64,000 bases of DNA from Pseudomonadota bacterium (GTDB lineage: Bacteria; Pseudomonadota; Alphaproteobacteria; Caulobacterales; Hyphomonadaceae), in the NCBI GenBank assembly GCA_041166025.1, contig JBEAMJ010000040.1:2421-66420 (forward strand), given 5' to 3'. Numbering within the stretch: position 1 is the first letter of the stretch; every line of letters begins with the position of its first letter. Below are positions 45,217 through 54,499 of this stretch, piece by piece. Made by a program: the position numbers and the translations under genes. A model generated the notes under the pieces. The model was not told the DNA's origin and did no database searches. It saw nothing but the letters and a program-made list of their open reading frames with translations.

Positions 45217-46223
45217 TCCGCCTCCTCGCCCTGATCTTCGCCGTATTGATCAACGGGCCAGCCGCGCTCGCCCACGAAATTCGCCCCGCCTACCTCCAGA
45301 TCCGCGAGATCGAGCTGGGTGTGTACGACGTCCTCTGGAAGACGCCGGCGCGCGGGGAGATGCGTCTCGCCCTCAACGTCATCCAGCCCGCCGAATGCGC
45401 CTCCGCCGGCGCGCCGCGCGCTGCCCTGGTGGACGGCGCAGTAATCGAGCGCTGGCGCGCCGCGTGCCCGGGCGGCCTCGTTGGCAAGACCATCGCGGTG
45501 GAGAACCTATCGCGCACGCTTACGGATGCCATTTTCCGCTTCGAGCCTCTCGATGGTGCGCCCAAGACCTTCCGCCTCACGCCCGACCAGCCCAGCCTGA
45601 CCATTCCCGATCGCCAGATCTGGACAGACATCGCGACCACCTATTTTGGCCTCGGTGTCGAGCACATCCTGCTTGGCTTCGACCATCTGCTGTTCGTGCT
45701 CGCGCTCCTGCTGCTGGTGCGTGACGCAAAGCGGCTTGTGGGTGCGATCACCGCGTTCACTATCGCGCATTCGCTCACGCTCGCAGGCACGACGTTCGGC
45801 TGGGTGAGGCTCGCCAGCGCGCCGCTCGAGGCCGTAATCGCGCTCTCCATAATGTTCATCGCCGTGGAAATAATGCGCGTGAGGGCGGGGCGCGACAGCC
45901 TCACGGCAAAGCTCCCATGGCTCGCCTCCTTTGCCTTCGGGCTGCTTCACGGCTTCGGATTCGCCGGGGCCCTTCGTGAGATTGGCATGCCTGAAGATGC
46001 AGCGCCGTTGGCGCTCCTGTTCTTCAATCTCGGCGTCGAGGCAGGTCAGCTCGCCTTCATCTCCGCTGTCCTGGCCGCGATGTTTGCCTGGCGCCGCTTC
46101 GTTCCCGCCAGCCTCAATTCGCCACGAGTCACGATGCTACTTGCCCGCGGGCCGGTCTACCTGATCGGATCTGCCGCGGCCTTCTGGTTCATCGAACGCA
46201 CAGCCGCCATCGCCGGACTCTAG
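45213..46223 (+). CDS. HupE/UreJ family protein (HupE_UreJ_2 type)
   Basis: GTG overlaps the upstream stop (GTGA). Signal peptide then HEIRPAYL. About 150-aa periplasmic domain, then a 5-6 TM core with GVEHILLGFDHLLFVLALLL, FTIAHSLTL, GLLHGFGFAG and FNLGVEAGQL. Confidence 0.8.
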   Translation: MIRLLALIFAVLINGPAALAHEIRPAYLQIREIELGVYDVLWKTPARGEMRLALNVIQPAECASAGAPRAALVDGAVIERWRAACPGGLVGKTIAVENLSRTLTDAIFRFEPLDGAPKTFRLTPDQPSLTIPDRQIWTDIATTYFGLGVEHILLGFDHLLFVLALLLLVRDAKRLVGAITAFTIAHSLTLAGTTFGWVRLASAPLEAVIALSIMFIAVEIMRVRAGRDSLTAKLPWLASFAFGLLHGFGFAGALREIGMPEDAAPLALLFFNLGVEAGQLAFISAVLAAMFAWRRFVPASLNSPRVTMLLARGPVYLIGSAAAFWFIERTAAIAGL

Positions 46224-46288
46224 CGGCCTTGCGGTTGCCGCCGCGTACAGGGTCGCTATTGTGCCCGCGCTCTTGAAAGGACGCCCAA

Positions 46289-47497
46289 ATGACCCGACTC
46301 CGCCGCGCCGCAATCGTGAGCCCCATCCGCACGGCAGTCGGCAAGTTCCAGGGCGCGCTTGCCCCCCTTCAAGCCGGCGATCTTGGCGCAGTGATCCTCA
46401 AGGCGCTGGTCGAGCGTACAAAATTGGATCCTGAACGCATTGACGATGTCATCTTCGCACAAGGCTATGCCTCGGGTGAAGCGCCCGCTATCGGCCGCTG
46501 GGCCGCGCTCGCCGCCGGCTACCCCATCAGCGTGCCCGGCTACCAGCTGGATCGCCGCTGCGGCTCCGGTCTCCAGGCTGTGGTCGAGGCCGCCATGTTT
46601 GTTCAGACGGGTGCGGCCGATGTGGTCGTGGCCGGCGGCGCCGAGAGCATGACCAACGTCGAATACTATTCGACTGACATGCGCTCCGGCGCTCGCGCCG
46701 GCTCCGTCACAATGCATGATCGCCTGCAGCGCGGGCGCGTAATGTCCCAGCCGATCGCGCGCTTCGGCGTTATCACTGGCATGATCGAGACCGCCGAAAA
46801 TCTCGCGCGCGACTACCAGATCCCGCGTGAAGCCTGCGACGAATACGCCGCCCGCAGCCACCAGCGCGCCGCGGCCGCCTGGAAGGATGGAAAGTTCGAC
46901 GACGAACTTGTCCCCGTCGCCGTACCGCAGAAGAAGGGCGACCCCATTGTCTTCAGGACGGACGAAGGCGTCCGCGCCGACGCGACCGCGGCTTCGCTCT
47001 CCCAACTAAAGCCGCTCGAAAAGGGCGGCGTAGTCACTGCTGGTAACGCATCGCAACAGAACGATGCAGCCGCGGCCTGCCTCGTCGTTGCCGAAGACAA
47101 GCTTGAAGAATTCGGGCTTGAGCCGATCGGGTGGTTCACCGGATGGGCCGCGGCCGGTGTGGAGCCCTCACGCATGGGGATCGGCCCTGTCCCGGCCGTG
47201 GAGCGCTTGTTTGCCCGCACCGGCCTTGGCTGGAAGGACATCGATCTCGTCGAGCTCAACGAAGCCTTCGCACCTCAGGTGCTCGCAGTGCTGAAGGGTT
47301 GGAACTGGAATGACGCTGACAAGCTGAACGTCAACGGCTCGGGCATTTCGCTTGGCCATCCCATCGGCGCCACGGGCGGCCGCATCCTCGCCAATCTCAT
47401 GAACGAGCTGCAGCGGCGCAAGGCTCGCTATGGTCTCGAAACCATGTGCATCGGCGGCGGGCAGGGCATCGCCGCCGTCTTCGAGCGGGCGGCATAA
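46289..47497 (+). CDS. acetyl-CoA C-acyltransferase (thiolase)
   Basis: 402 aa. Active-site Cys block LDRRCGSGLQAV, NEAFA, GHPIGATG and CIGGGQG. Confidence 0.95.
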   Translation: MTRLRRAAIVSPIRTAVGKFQGALAPLQAGDLGAVILKALVERTKLDPERIDDVIFAQGYASGEAPAIGRWAALAAGYPISVPGYQLDRRCGSGLQAVVEAAMFVQTGAADVVVAGGAESMTNVEYYSTDMRSGARAGSVTMHDRLQRGRVMSQPIARFGVITGMIETAENLARDYQIPREACDEYAARSHQRAAAAWKDGKFDDELVPVAVPQKKGDPIVFRTDEGVRADATAASLSQLKPLEKGGVVTAGNASQQNDAAAACLVVAEDKLEEFGLEPIGWFTGWAAAGVEPSRMGIGPVPAVERLFARTGLGWKDIDLVELNEAFAPQVLAVLKGWNWNDADKLNVNGSGISLGHPIGATGGRILANLMNELQRRKARYGLETMCIGGGQGIAAVFERAA

Positions 47498-47529
47498 CCT
47501 TGAGAGGTTCTCATGACCTCGAAAGGTTC

Positions 47530-48519
47530 TCATTCTTTCCGTAGCCGGTCTCCATCCACCGGCGCCACGGGATAGCCAGCCGCCTTCTTGAATCCGTCAA
47601 CGCGATCGCGCGCCTGCTTTACCGCCGGCGCTTCGGTCCAGTTGTTGGGTGGATTGAGTACCCTCCCAAAGAATTCCAGCGCATCGAGGAACCTTGGCGT
47701 GATCGATGGCCCGACATGCTCCGCGCCCTTCACCAGGCGGTATTCATGGCTGATGCCCTCGTCGAACAGGATGCGGTGCGCGAATTCTGTACCGTGATGC
47801 AGGAAGAACATGTCCTGGTCCCCCGCTTCCAGATAGATTCCCAGCCCGACCAACTTCTCCGGATGTGTGTTGGCGATCGTCGCCGGGTTGTTGGCTGCCC
47901 AATACGCCTCGTCCACGGGCTTGCCGTAGATCGACTCCATAAGCGCATCGTCACGCCAGAACCGGTCGCGCAGCTTTACATCCTTGAATGCCAGCGCAGG
48001 CTCGATGCCAGGCTCCATGCTGGCCACGGCCTGAAACTTGTCCGGATGCTTGAATGCAATGCGCAGGCTTCCCATGCCGCCCATCGATATCCCTGTGATA
48101 AGCGTCCCTTCGCGGCCTTTCGGTACGTTGTATCCCTTGCGCATCCACGCCAGCAGGTCCTCGACGACAAACGTCTCCCACTTCTGCGAGCCGTCACGGT
48201 AGTTCATATAGAAGGAACGGCCTGCCGAGGGCATCACCGAGACGGAAGGCGGCACAAGTCCGCGCTTGATCCCGTCTTCCAGCGTCTGCGCCATGGCTGT
48301 CATGTTGGCGCTCGATCCGCCCCCGCCATGCAGCTGGATGATCAGCGGATATGCCTCTGCCCGCTTCGCGTCGTATCCAGCGGGAAGGTAAATCGCCACA
48401 TCGACGGGTCCTGGAACATTGGTGGTCTCGACCCTCAGGTTGACCAGCTTGCCTTCCAGCGCCTGCGCAGCAGGCGCGATCAGCGCGGCAATTGCCAGCG
48501 CGAGAATCCGCAACATCAT
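47530..48519 (-). CDS. secreted esterase family protein (esterase D/PF00756-like)
   Basis: Signal peptide MMLRILALAIAALIAPAAQA. LHGGGGS, nucleophile elbow GISMGG and C-terminal His region. Confidence 0.75.
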   Translation of the reverse strand: MMLRILALAIAALIAPAAQALEGKLVNLRVETTNVPGPVDVAIYLPAGYDAKRAEAYPLIIQLHGGGGSSANMTAMAQTLEDGIKRGLVPPSVSVMPSAGRSFYMNYRDGSQKWETFVVEDLLAWMRKGYNVPKGREGTLITGISMGGMGSLRIAFKHPDKFQAVASMEPGIEPALAFKDVKLRDRFWRDDALMESIYGKPVDEAYWAANNPATIANTHPEKLVGLGIYLEAGDQDMFFLHHGTEFAHRILFDEGISHEYRLVKGAEHVGPSITPRFLDALEFFGRVLNPPNNWTEAPAVKQARDRVDGFKKAAGYPVAPVDGDRLRKE

Positions 48520-48581
48520 ACCGCTTCCTCCGGTCCACGCCTTCGCGATCGCGCGCCGCCGCGGGCGAACGCCCCACAAGT

Positions 48582-49886
48582 CTACTTCGCAGGATACCTC
48601 GCCGCGTTTGCGCGATCGCCCGACCAGATTCGGGCCCCGTCGAGCGGATAGGAGGCGATCACCTGCGCCTCCAGGTTCACATGCTTCTGGCCCTTCACCT
48701 CGAACAGCGCCTCGAAGTCGCCCGTTCCCGGTGTCTTCCTTTCCACGCGGGCGAGCCGGTCCAGTTGCGTCACCGCTTCCGCAACGCCCATCACAGCCGT
48801 GTCGCGTGACCCGGAAAGAATGGCGATCCGGTTCCCCGTTGGTCCCGCAAACGATGAGAAGAAACCATAGTCGCGATACATCTGGTCGCCCGGCGCCGCG
48901 AGAAACGCCTCGCTGGTGTAGGTGCGGCCGGACTTGCGATCGACGATCTGGTCGTAACTCTCGCCCAGGGCAAATCGCGACGACGAGAACACGGCATCCC
49001 GCAGCGGCCCAAGCCCGCTGAGGAGGCCGACATAGATGATGTCGTTAGTCTTCATCCGGTCCGGTGTCAGCTCCGAGGCCAGCGTAACCTGCACATCACG
49101 CCCCTCGCGCAGCAGCGGCGCGAGGTCCGCGAGCGCGAACGCCGCGGACGCAGGCAGATATTGCAGGGCCACATCGGAATAGCGCTCGACCGAAGCCGGA
49201 TCACCGCGCTGGGATGCAACAAGGTCTTCCTTGTTGTTGATCGCAAAGTCGCGGATGAGGCGCTTCAGCTGGACGCGATCCTCGTACTCTCCAAACATGT
49301 AGTAGTCGCCCACGACGATCAGCAGTGGTCGCTCGCTCCCGGCGATCTCGCTCCAGATGTTGCTATCTGCCAGCCGCCCCTCGCTGACGGCCGGCCGCGC
49401 CGCCAACATGCTCCATGCGAGAATGTTGCCGCCGATCGCGACGATCGCTACGCAGGCCGCGACCAATCCCCAGGCGATCTTGCGCCCGCCTGCCGCAACT
49501 ACCCTTTCGGGCGGAGCTTCAGTCTCCAGTGTCGCTTCTCCGGCCACGTAGACGAACCGATAGTCCCCCTTCGGAATGTCGAGCCGCAGCCCGGTCGGCA
49601 TCCCGTTGCGCAGGTAGTACTCATCCAGCCGTTTGCGCAGCCTGTGGATATAGACGCGCGCAACGGGATCATCGCGGACAGCATCGGCGTCGGTCTTGCC
49701 GAACACCGTAAGCGCGATCTCAGCCTCCTTTGGCGGCCGGCCATCGGCCGAGCGCTGCGCCAGGAAATCGAAAAGTTCAAGCAGCCGCCCCGCCTGACCC
49801 AGCACGCCGGACTCACGAACGCGTGCGATCTCCGCGAGAGCCGCAAGATCGAGTCGAGTTGTCGGGTCTGTCGTCGCAACGCTCAT
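48582..49886 (-). CDS. membrane-anchored winged-helix (ToxR/CadC-type) transcriptional regulator with large periplasmic domain
   Basis: Start at internal ATG (MSVATTDP). OmpR/PhoB-type wHTH (EIALTVFGK...VRVYIHRLRKRLDEYY), a single TM helix (IAWGLVAACVAIVAIGGNILAW), then about 270 periplasmic residues of unknown fold. Confidence 0.65.
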   Translation of the reverse strand: MSVATTDPTTRLDLAALAEIARVRESGVLGQAGRLLELFDFLAQRSADGRPPKEAEIALTVFGKTDADAVRDDPVARVYIHRLRKRLDEYYLRNGMPTGLRLDIPKGDYRFVYVAGEATLETEAPPERVVAAGGRKIAWGLVAACVAIVAIGGNILAWSMLAARPAVSEGRLADSNIWSEIAGSERPLLIVVGDYYMFGEYEDRVQLKRLIRDFAINNKEDLVASQRGDPASVERYSDVALQYLPASAAFALADLAPLLREGRDVQVTLASELTPDRMKTNDIIYVGLLSGLGPLRDAVFSSSRFALGESYDQIVDRKSGRTYTSEAFLAAPGDQMYRDYGFFSSFAGPTGNRIAILSGSRDTAVMGVAEAVTQLDRLARVERKTPGTGDFEALFEVKGQKHVNLEAQVIASYPLDGARIWSGDRANAARYPAK

Positions 49887-50470
49887 CTGATCGTCCGGAC
49901 CTGCGGTGCCTATTCTACCGCCCCGGACCGGGCCGAGTCTCTCCCATGAGACTTCACGATATCGGTATGGCTGCCTTTTGCCGAGGATGCAGCACGCTTC
50001 CCACATCCGGCTTCACCTCGTCAACCGGAGGCTGCTCAGCCGGCGACTGCCTCGCGCGTCTCCAGCTACAGCTTCATTTCGGCGCAGACCTCATCTAACC
50101 TTTGCGGCAGGATGTCGAACCCTAGGGTCGCATCGACGAGCCGCCCTTGCTCGCTATCTCGGCTCCAGCGCAGCGGCGGGCAGGCTGAACGGGGCCAGAT
50201 GACAACTCGGTCGACTCGAGCAAGTGCGCCTGCCAAGCGATCTCCCGACCGTCGGTTCCCGCCGCGAGCGTCTCAAGCCTGAAGGCCGCGTCAGGTGCGG
50301 TCCGAGCGGCGTAGGCCATCTCAGCCCCCTGACAGCCGGCTCGCCGACACTTGGCCCTGTAACGCTTCCGCATCTTCAACAACAGCCACAGCGAGGGGAG
50401 GAACTCGTTACCCTGGATTGCGCACGTTCGCAGCCGCGCTAAGTCTGTCCCGAACCGACAAGGAGTCTCC

Positions 50471-51694
50471 ATGGGCGCTATCCCGCAGGTCGATCCGGCC
50501 GAAGCCGGTCTCAGTGCCGAGCGCCTGAAGCGCATTCCAGCCTATTTCGACGCCTACATAGAAAGGCGGAAGCTGCCCTGTGTCGCGGCGCTCGTGGCGC
50601 GCGGCGGTCAGGTCGCGCACCTGTCATTCCAGGGATCGACCGAAATGGGCGGTGGCCGACCGATCAACGCACATACGATTTATCGGATCTACTCCATGAC
50701 TAAACCGGTGACCTCGGTCGCAGCGATGATGCTGTTCGAGGAGGGGCTACTGCGCCTCGATCACGAGGTCTCTCGGTACATCCCCGAGTTCCAAGACGTG
50801 ATGGTGATGGGCGAGGATGGCCAGCTTTATCGCCCCGAGCGCCCGATGATGGTTCGGGATCTTTTCCTCCATACCTCGGGGCTCACATATTCCTTCATCG
50901 TGCAGACGCCGGTCGATGCGATCTATCGACAGCGCAAGCTGGAGTACTCAACCTGGAAGGGCGATCTCAAATCTTTCTGCGAAGCGCTTGCCGAGGCGCC
51001 GCTGGTGTTCTCGCCCGGGGAAAAGTGGAACTACTCCAATTCGACAGATGTGCTTGGCCGCGTGATCGAGGTCGCCTCCGGCACTAGCCTCGATCGCTTC
51101 TTCCAGACCCGCATCTTCGGGCCACTCGGCATGAAGGACACCGGATTCCATGTACCCCCCGAAAGTATTGATCGCCTCATGGCGTGCTATGCGCGAAATC
51201 CCGACACTGGCGTCATCACCATGAATGACGCTGCGGGCGCCGCAAGCCGCTATGCGTCTACGCCAAACGTCTTCTCGGGCGGGGGAGGACTCGCATCCAC
51301 AATCGGAGACTACTTCCGTTTCTGCCTGATGCTCGCCGGCGGTGGCGAACTCGACGGTGTTCGCCTGCTCTCGCCCAAGACGCTCGAATACATGACGATG
51401 AACCATCTGCCGGGGAACCGGACGTTGAAAGAGATGGGCGACAAGACATTCTCGGAATCGCGCATGGACGGCTCGGGCTTCGGTCTGGGCTGGGCAGTCA
51501 CGACGGACGTGGTTGCAACCATGCAGCCAGGCTCCCCAGGGACATTTTCGTGGGGTGGAATGGCATCGACCTTCTTTTGGATCGATCCGGTGGAAGACCT
51601 GATCGCGATTCAGATGACACAGTTGATGCCCTCCGGCGCTTATCCCATTCGACCGCAATTGCAGCAGCTGGTCTACGCCGCGATCGAGGAGTAG
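50471..51694 (+). CDS. serine hydrolase (class C beta-lactamase/transpeptidase-like)
   Basis: 407 aa. S-x-x-K (YSMTKP), Y-x-N (NYSNS) and a late GG/W.G block. RBS AAGGAG upstream. Confidence 0.85.
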   Translation: MGAIPQVDPAEAGLSAERLKRIPAYFDAYIERRKLPCVAALVARGGQVAHLSFQGSTEMGGGRPINAHTIYRIYSMTKPVTSVAAMMLFEEGLLRLDHEVSRYIPEFQDVMVMGEDGQLYRPERPMMVRDLFLHTSGLTYSFIVQTPVDAIYRQRKLEYSTWKGDLKSFCEALAEAPLVFSPGEKWNYSNSTDVLGRVIEVASGTSLDRFFQTRIFGPLGMKDTGFHVPPESIDRLMACYARNPDTGVITMNDAAGAASRYASTPNVFSGGGGLASTIGDYFRFCLMLAGGGELDGVRLLSPKTLEYMTMNHLPGNRTLKEMGDKTFSESRMDGSGFGLGWAVTTDVVATMQPGSPGTFSWGGMASTFFWIDPVEDLIAIQMTQLMPSGAYPIRPQLQQLVYAAIEE

Positions 51695-51697
51695 GGC

Positions 51698-52924
51698 TTA
51701 GGTCACCGCCGCGCGGACACGATACTCAGGTCGGTCCCAGGCGCGCGTCGCCAAAACGTCGGCCAGCCCATCCATGGCGTCCCATACATCGACGAACCGC
51801 ACATACAGTGGCGCCACGCCGAACCGCATCGCATCAGGCGCGCGGAAATCCGGGATGATCCCACGTGCGATGAGGGCTTGCACCACTGCATAGCCATCGG
51901 AATGTCGAATGCCCACATGTCCGCCGCGCCGCGCCGCCTCGACCGGCGAGATCAGCTCGAGACCCATGTCCTCGGCGCGCGAAACGATAAGCTGTCCCAG
52001 CAGGCGCGCCTTGTTCTCGACCAACGAGAGATCGACGCCTTCGAATGCGTCGAGCGCCGCATCGAGCGACGAGAGCGACAGGATCGGTGGCGTTCCGGCG
52101 GCAAATCGAGCGGCGCCGTCCATAGGTGTATAGTCGGCCGAGAAATCGAATTGATCCTTCTGTCCGAACCAGCCCCGGATTGGTGACGACATTCTGGTCG
52201 CCATGTCGCTGCGCGCATAAACGAAAGCTGGAGCACCAGGTCCGCCATTTAGGAACTTGTACGTGCATCCGGCGGCAAGCTTCACGCCCCACTTGTCCAG
52301 CCTCAAATCCAGCACCCCTGCTGCATGGCTCAAATCCCAAACGATCAGCGTTCCGGTGTCCTTCGCGGCCCGCTCCCATGCCGCGATCTCCGCGATTTCG
52401 CTTGTGCGGTAGTTGACGGCGCTCTTGATCAGCACGCCGGGCCTGACGGCCCGTATGTCGACGCGCTCATGCGGTTGCAGCACCACCAGTTCGCCTAGGC
52501 CAGCGGCCGCCAGCCCCGCTGTGATGCTGCGGTCAGTCGGAAACTCGTCCGCTTGCACCATCACCGTCCGCTCGCCGGTCACCTGCAACGCCGCCGCCGC
52601 CAGCTTGAACAGGTTCACCGAAACGCTGTCCGTGACAATCACATCGCGATCCGCGACGCCGATCAATCGCGCCAGTTTTGCGCCCGCTCGCGCCGGCAGA
52701 TCGAACCAGCCGGCATCATTCCACGACCGTATCAGCCCGCGCCGCCATTCTTCGGCAGCTACATGCGCAACCCGCTCCAGCGCTGCATGTGTCGCTGGCC
52801 CAAGCGAGTGCCCGTCGAGATAGATGAGGCCGTCGGGTAGGGCGAAGCGCTGCCGCACGGTCGCCAGGGCGTCGCCGCGGTCAAGTGCTTCGCAATCCTT
52901 TCGCGTGCGAGGTGGAGTGTTCAT
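51698..52924 (-). CDS. kynU: kynureninase
   Basis: 408 aa. LDGHSLGP, SVNLFKL, WDLSHAAG, PLP-lysine region CTYKFLNGGPGAP, and PDFRAPDAMRFGVAPLY. Confidence 0.9.
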   Translation of the reverse strand: MNTPPRTRKDCEALDRGDALATVRQRFALPDGLIYLDGHSLGPATHAALERVAHVAAEEWRRGLIRSWNDAGWFDLPARAGAKLARLIGVADRDVIVTDSVSVNLFKLAAAALQVTGERTVMVQADEFPTDRSITAGLAAAGLGELVVLQPHERVDIRAVRPGVLIKSAVNYRTSEIAEIAAWERAAKDTGTLIVWDLSHAAGVLDLRLDKWGVKLAAGCTYKFLNGGPGAPAFVYARSDMATRMSSPIRGWFGQKDQFDFSADYTPMDGAARFAAGTPPILSLSSLDAALDAFEGVDLSLVENKARLLGQLIVSRAEDMGLELISPVEAARRGGHVGIRHSDGYAVVQALIARGIIPDFRAPDAMRFGVAPLYVRFVDVWDAMDGLADVLATRAWDRPEYRVRAAVT

Positions 52925-52986
52925 GCCGTATCTGCGACGATGGCGCGCCGGCTTGCAATGCCTGCAATCCCTTGCGAGGGAAGGGC

Positions 52987-53928
52987 ATGCGCTTTCTCGC
53001 CCTGATTTTTTTCACCGCCGTTACGGCCTGTTCCGGCCCGGCCGCAACGCCTGGCCAACCGGCGGCCGATCAGCCGCGCTATGCTCCTCCTGCACGGATC
53101 ATGACGTGGGAGGACCTCCAGTCTCGTCCAAAGCTTATGCCGACCCAGACGGTTGTATGGGGGGAGGGGGCGACCGATGTGGCCGACCTTTGGTTACCCG
53201 ACCGCGCCGGTCCTCATCCCGTCGTGCTGATGGTCCATGGCGGCTGCTGGCAGAAGGCCATCGCCGATCGTTCCCTAATGAACTGGGCGGCGGACGATCT
53301 CCGAAAACGAGGCATGGCTGTCTGGAACATCGAGTATCGTGGCGTCGACGAGACAGGTGGCGGCTATCCCGGCACCTTCAGCGATGTTGCTCGCGCCACC
53401 GACGCTCTGCGTGCTCACGCTGCGACCTACAACCTCGACCTCGGCCGTGTTGCTGCCTTCGGCCACTCAGCAGGAGGCCATTTGGCGCTCTGGCTCGCGG
53501 GCCGCGCCCGTTTGCCTGCGACGAGCCCGTTGCGCATTGACACTCCTCTCCCGATAGTTGGCGTTGTCAACTCCGGAGGTCTGGCCGACCTTGCAGACTC
53601 GCTCGGCGTCACGGACCGCTCCTGCCTTGCCGACATATACAACAAGCTTGTCGGCGAAATCAGTCCGATCCGCGCCGATGTACTATCGGATACCTCGCCG
53701 GCCAAATTGCTCCCACTGCGCGTGCCCCAGGTCAGCGTGAACGGCCATCGCGACCGTATTGCGCCGCCCGTCCTGGGAGAAACGTGGGCGCGGAAGGCGC
53801 GCGCCGCGGGCGATGATGCGAGCGTGGAAGTGGTTCTTGACACCGGTCATGTCGAGCTGATCGCCCCGGGATCGAAGGCGTGGGAATTCCAGGCGGCCGC
53901 TCTGGCGCGCATGCTCGGTCTTTCTTGA
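52987..53928 (+). CDS. lipoprotein alpha/beta hydrolase (HGGxW / GHSAGG esterase-arylformamidase-like)
   Basis: Lipobox MRFLALIFFTAVTAC. Oxyanion motif VHGGCW, nucleophile elbow GHSAGG and late His (TGHVEL). Confidence 0.75.
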   Translation: MRFLALIFFTAVTACSGPAATPGQPAADQPRYAPPARIMTWEDLQSRPKLMPTQTVVWGEGATDVADLWLPDRAGPHPVVLMVHGGCWQKAIADRSLMNWAADDLRKRGMAVWNIEYRGVDETGGGYPGTFSDVARATDALRAHAATYNLDLGRVAAFGHSAGGHLALWLAGRARLPATSPLRIDTPLPIVGVVNSGGLADLADSLGVTDRSCLADIYNKLVGEISPIRADVLSDTSPAKLLPLRVPQVSVNGHRDRIAPPVLGETWARKARAAGDDASVEVVLDTGHVELIAPGSKAWEFQAAALARMLGLS

Positions 53929-54092
53929 GCGCCAGCCAGGCGTCCAGCCCCTTGGGCGCATCCTCGCCGAAAGCTGGGTTGTTGCGTTCATAGAAATCGC
54001 GCAGCGCGTCCGCGAGACGGCCCAGCGCTTCGAGATCTTGGATTATGGTCCGCTGGTTACGAGAGGTCGCGACGCCGTTGTCGCGGCGCGCC

Positions 54093-54494
54093 TCAGGGCT
54101 TTGCGTTGCTCATCCGCACGATCACCTCAACAGTCCGAATCTTCGCGCCTGCCGGCGCAGCGGGCAGGCCCTCGACCCGGATTGAGTCTCCGGGGATGTC
54201 ATGCAGGGCGCCGTTCTCTTCAAAGAAGAGGTGGTGGTGATCGCTGACATTGGTGTCGAAATAGGTGCGGTCCGTGTCAAGCGTGATGCGCTTCATTAGG
54301 CCCGCAGCGACGAACTGGTTGAGCGTATTGTACACCGTGGCAAGAGAAACGCGCACACCTGCCTTGCGCGCCATGGCCGCCACATCATCGGCCGTGACGT
54401 GCCGGTCCATCCCGTCGAACAGAAGAGCGCCGATCGCGATCCGCTTCGGGGTCGCGCGCAGGCCGGCTGTTTGGAGTCGCGTTTCTGCATTCAT
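54093..54494 (-). CDS. irr: Fur-family iron response regulator Irr
   Basis: 133 aa. Fur wHTH (TPKRIAIGALLF...SLATVYNTLNQF). HHH motif (SDHHHLFFE) and absence of the C-terminal CxxC pairs, as in rhizobial Irr. Confidence 0.8.
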   Translation of the reverse strand: MNAETRLQTAGLRATPKRIAIGALLFDGMDRHVTADDVAAMARKAGVRVSLATVYNTLNQFVAAGLMKRITLDTDRTYFDTNVSDHHHLFFEENGALHDIPGDSIRVEGLPAAPAGAKIRTVEVIVRMSNAKP

Positions 54495-54499
54495 CGTCC

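Noticed and set aside
50109-50127. tRNA-like T-arm (ggatgtcgaaccctagg) that might mark a tRNA fragment or integration att site in the 584-nt gap.
   Set aside because: No 5-bp T-stem flanks a TTCGAAT-type loop on either strand. There is no acceptor or anticodon arm nearby, and no integrase in the window.
50122-50535. 137-aa ORF overlapping the start of the beta-lactamase-family gene.
   Set aside because: The 5' third overlaps a confident gene on the opposite strand and looks like shadow sequence. Only the distal 83 codons have any HTH-like character, and they lack a ribosome-binding site. It is mentioned only inside a finding.
53929-54092. Protein-like frame on the minus strand between irr and the hydrolase gene (…IIQDLEALGRLADALRDFYERNNPAFGEDAPKGLDAWLALKK…).
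   Set aside because: The frame has no ATG, GTG or TTG start after the upstream TGA, and it continues as an antisense shadow of the hydrolase gene. At best it is a gene remnant and is not supportable as a feature.
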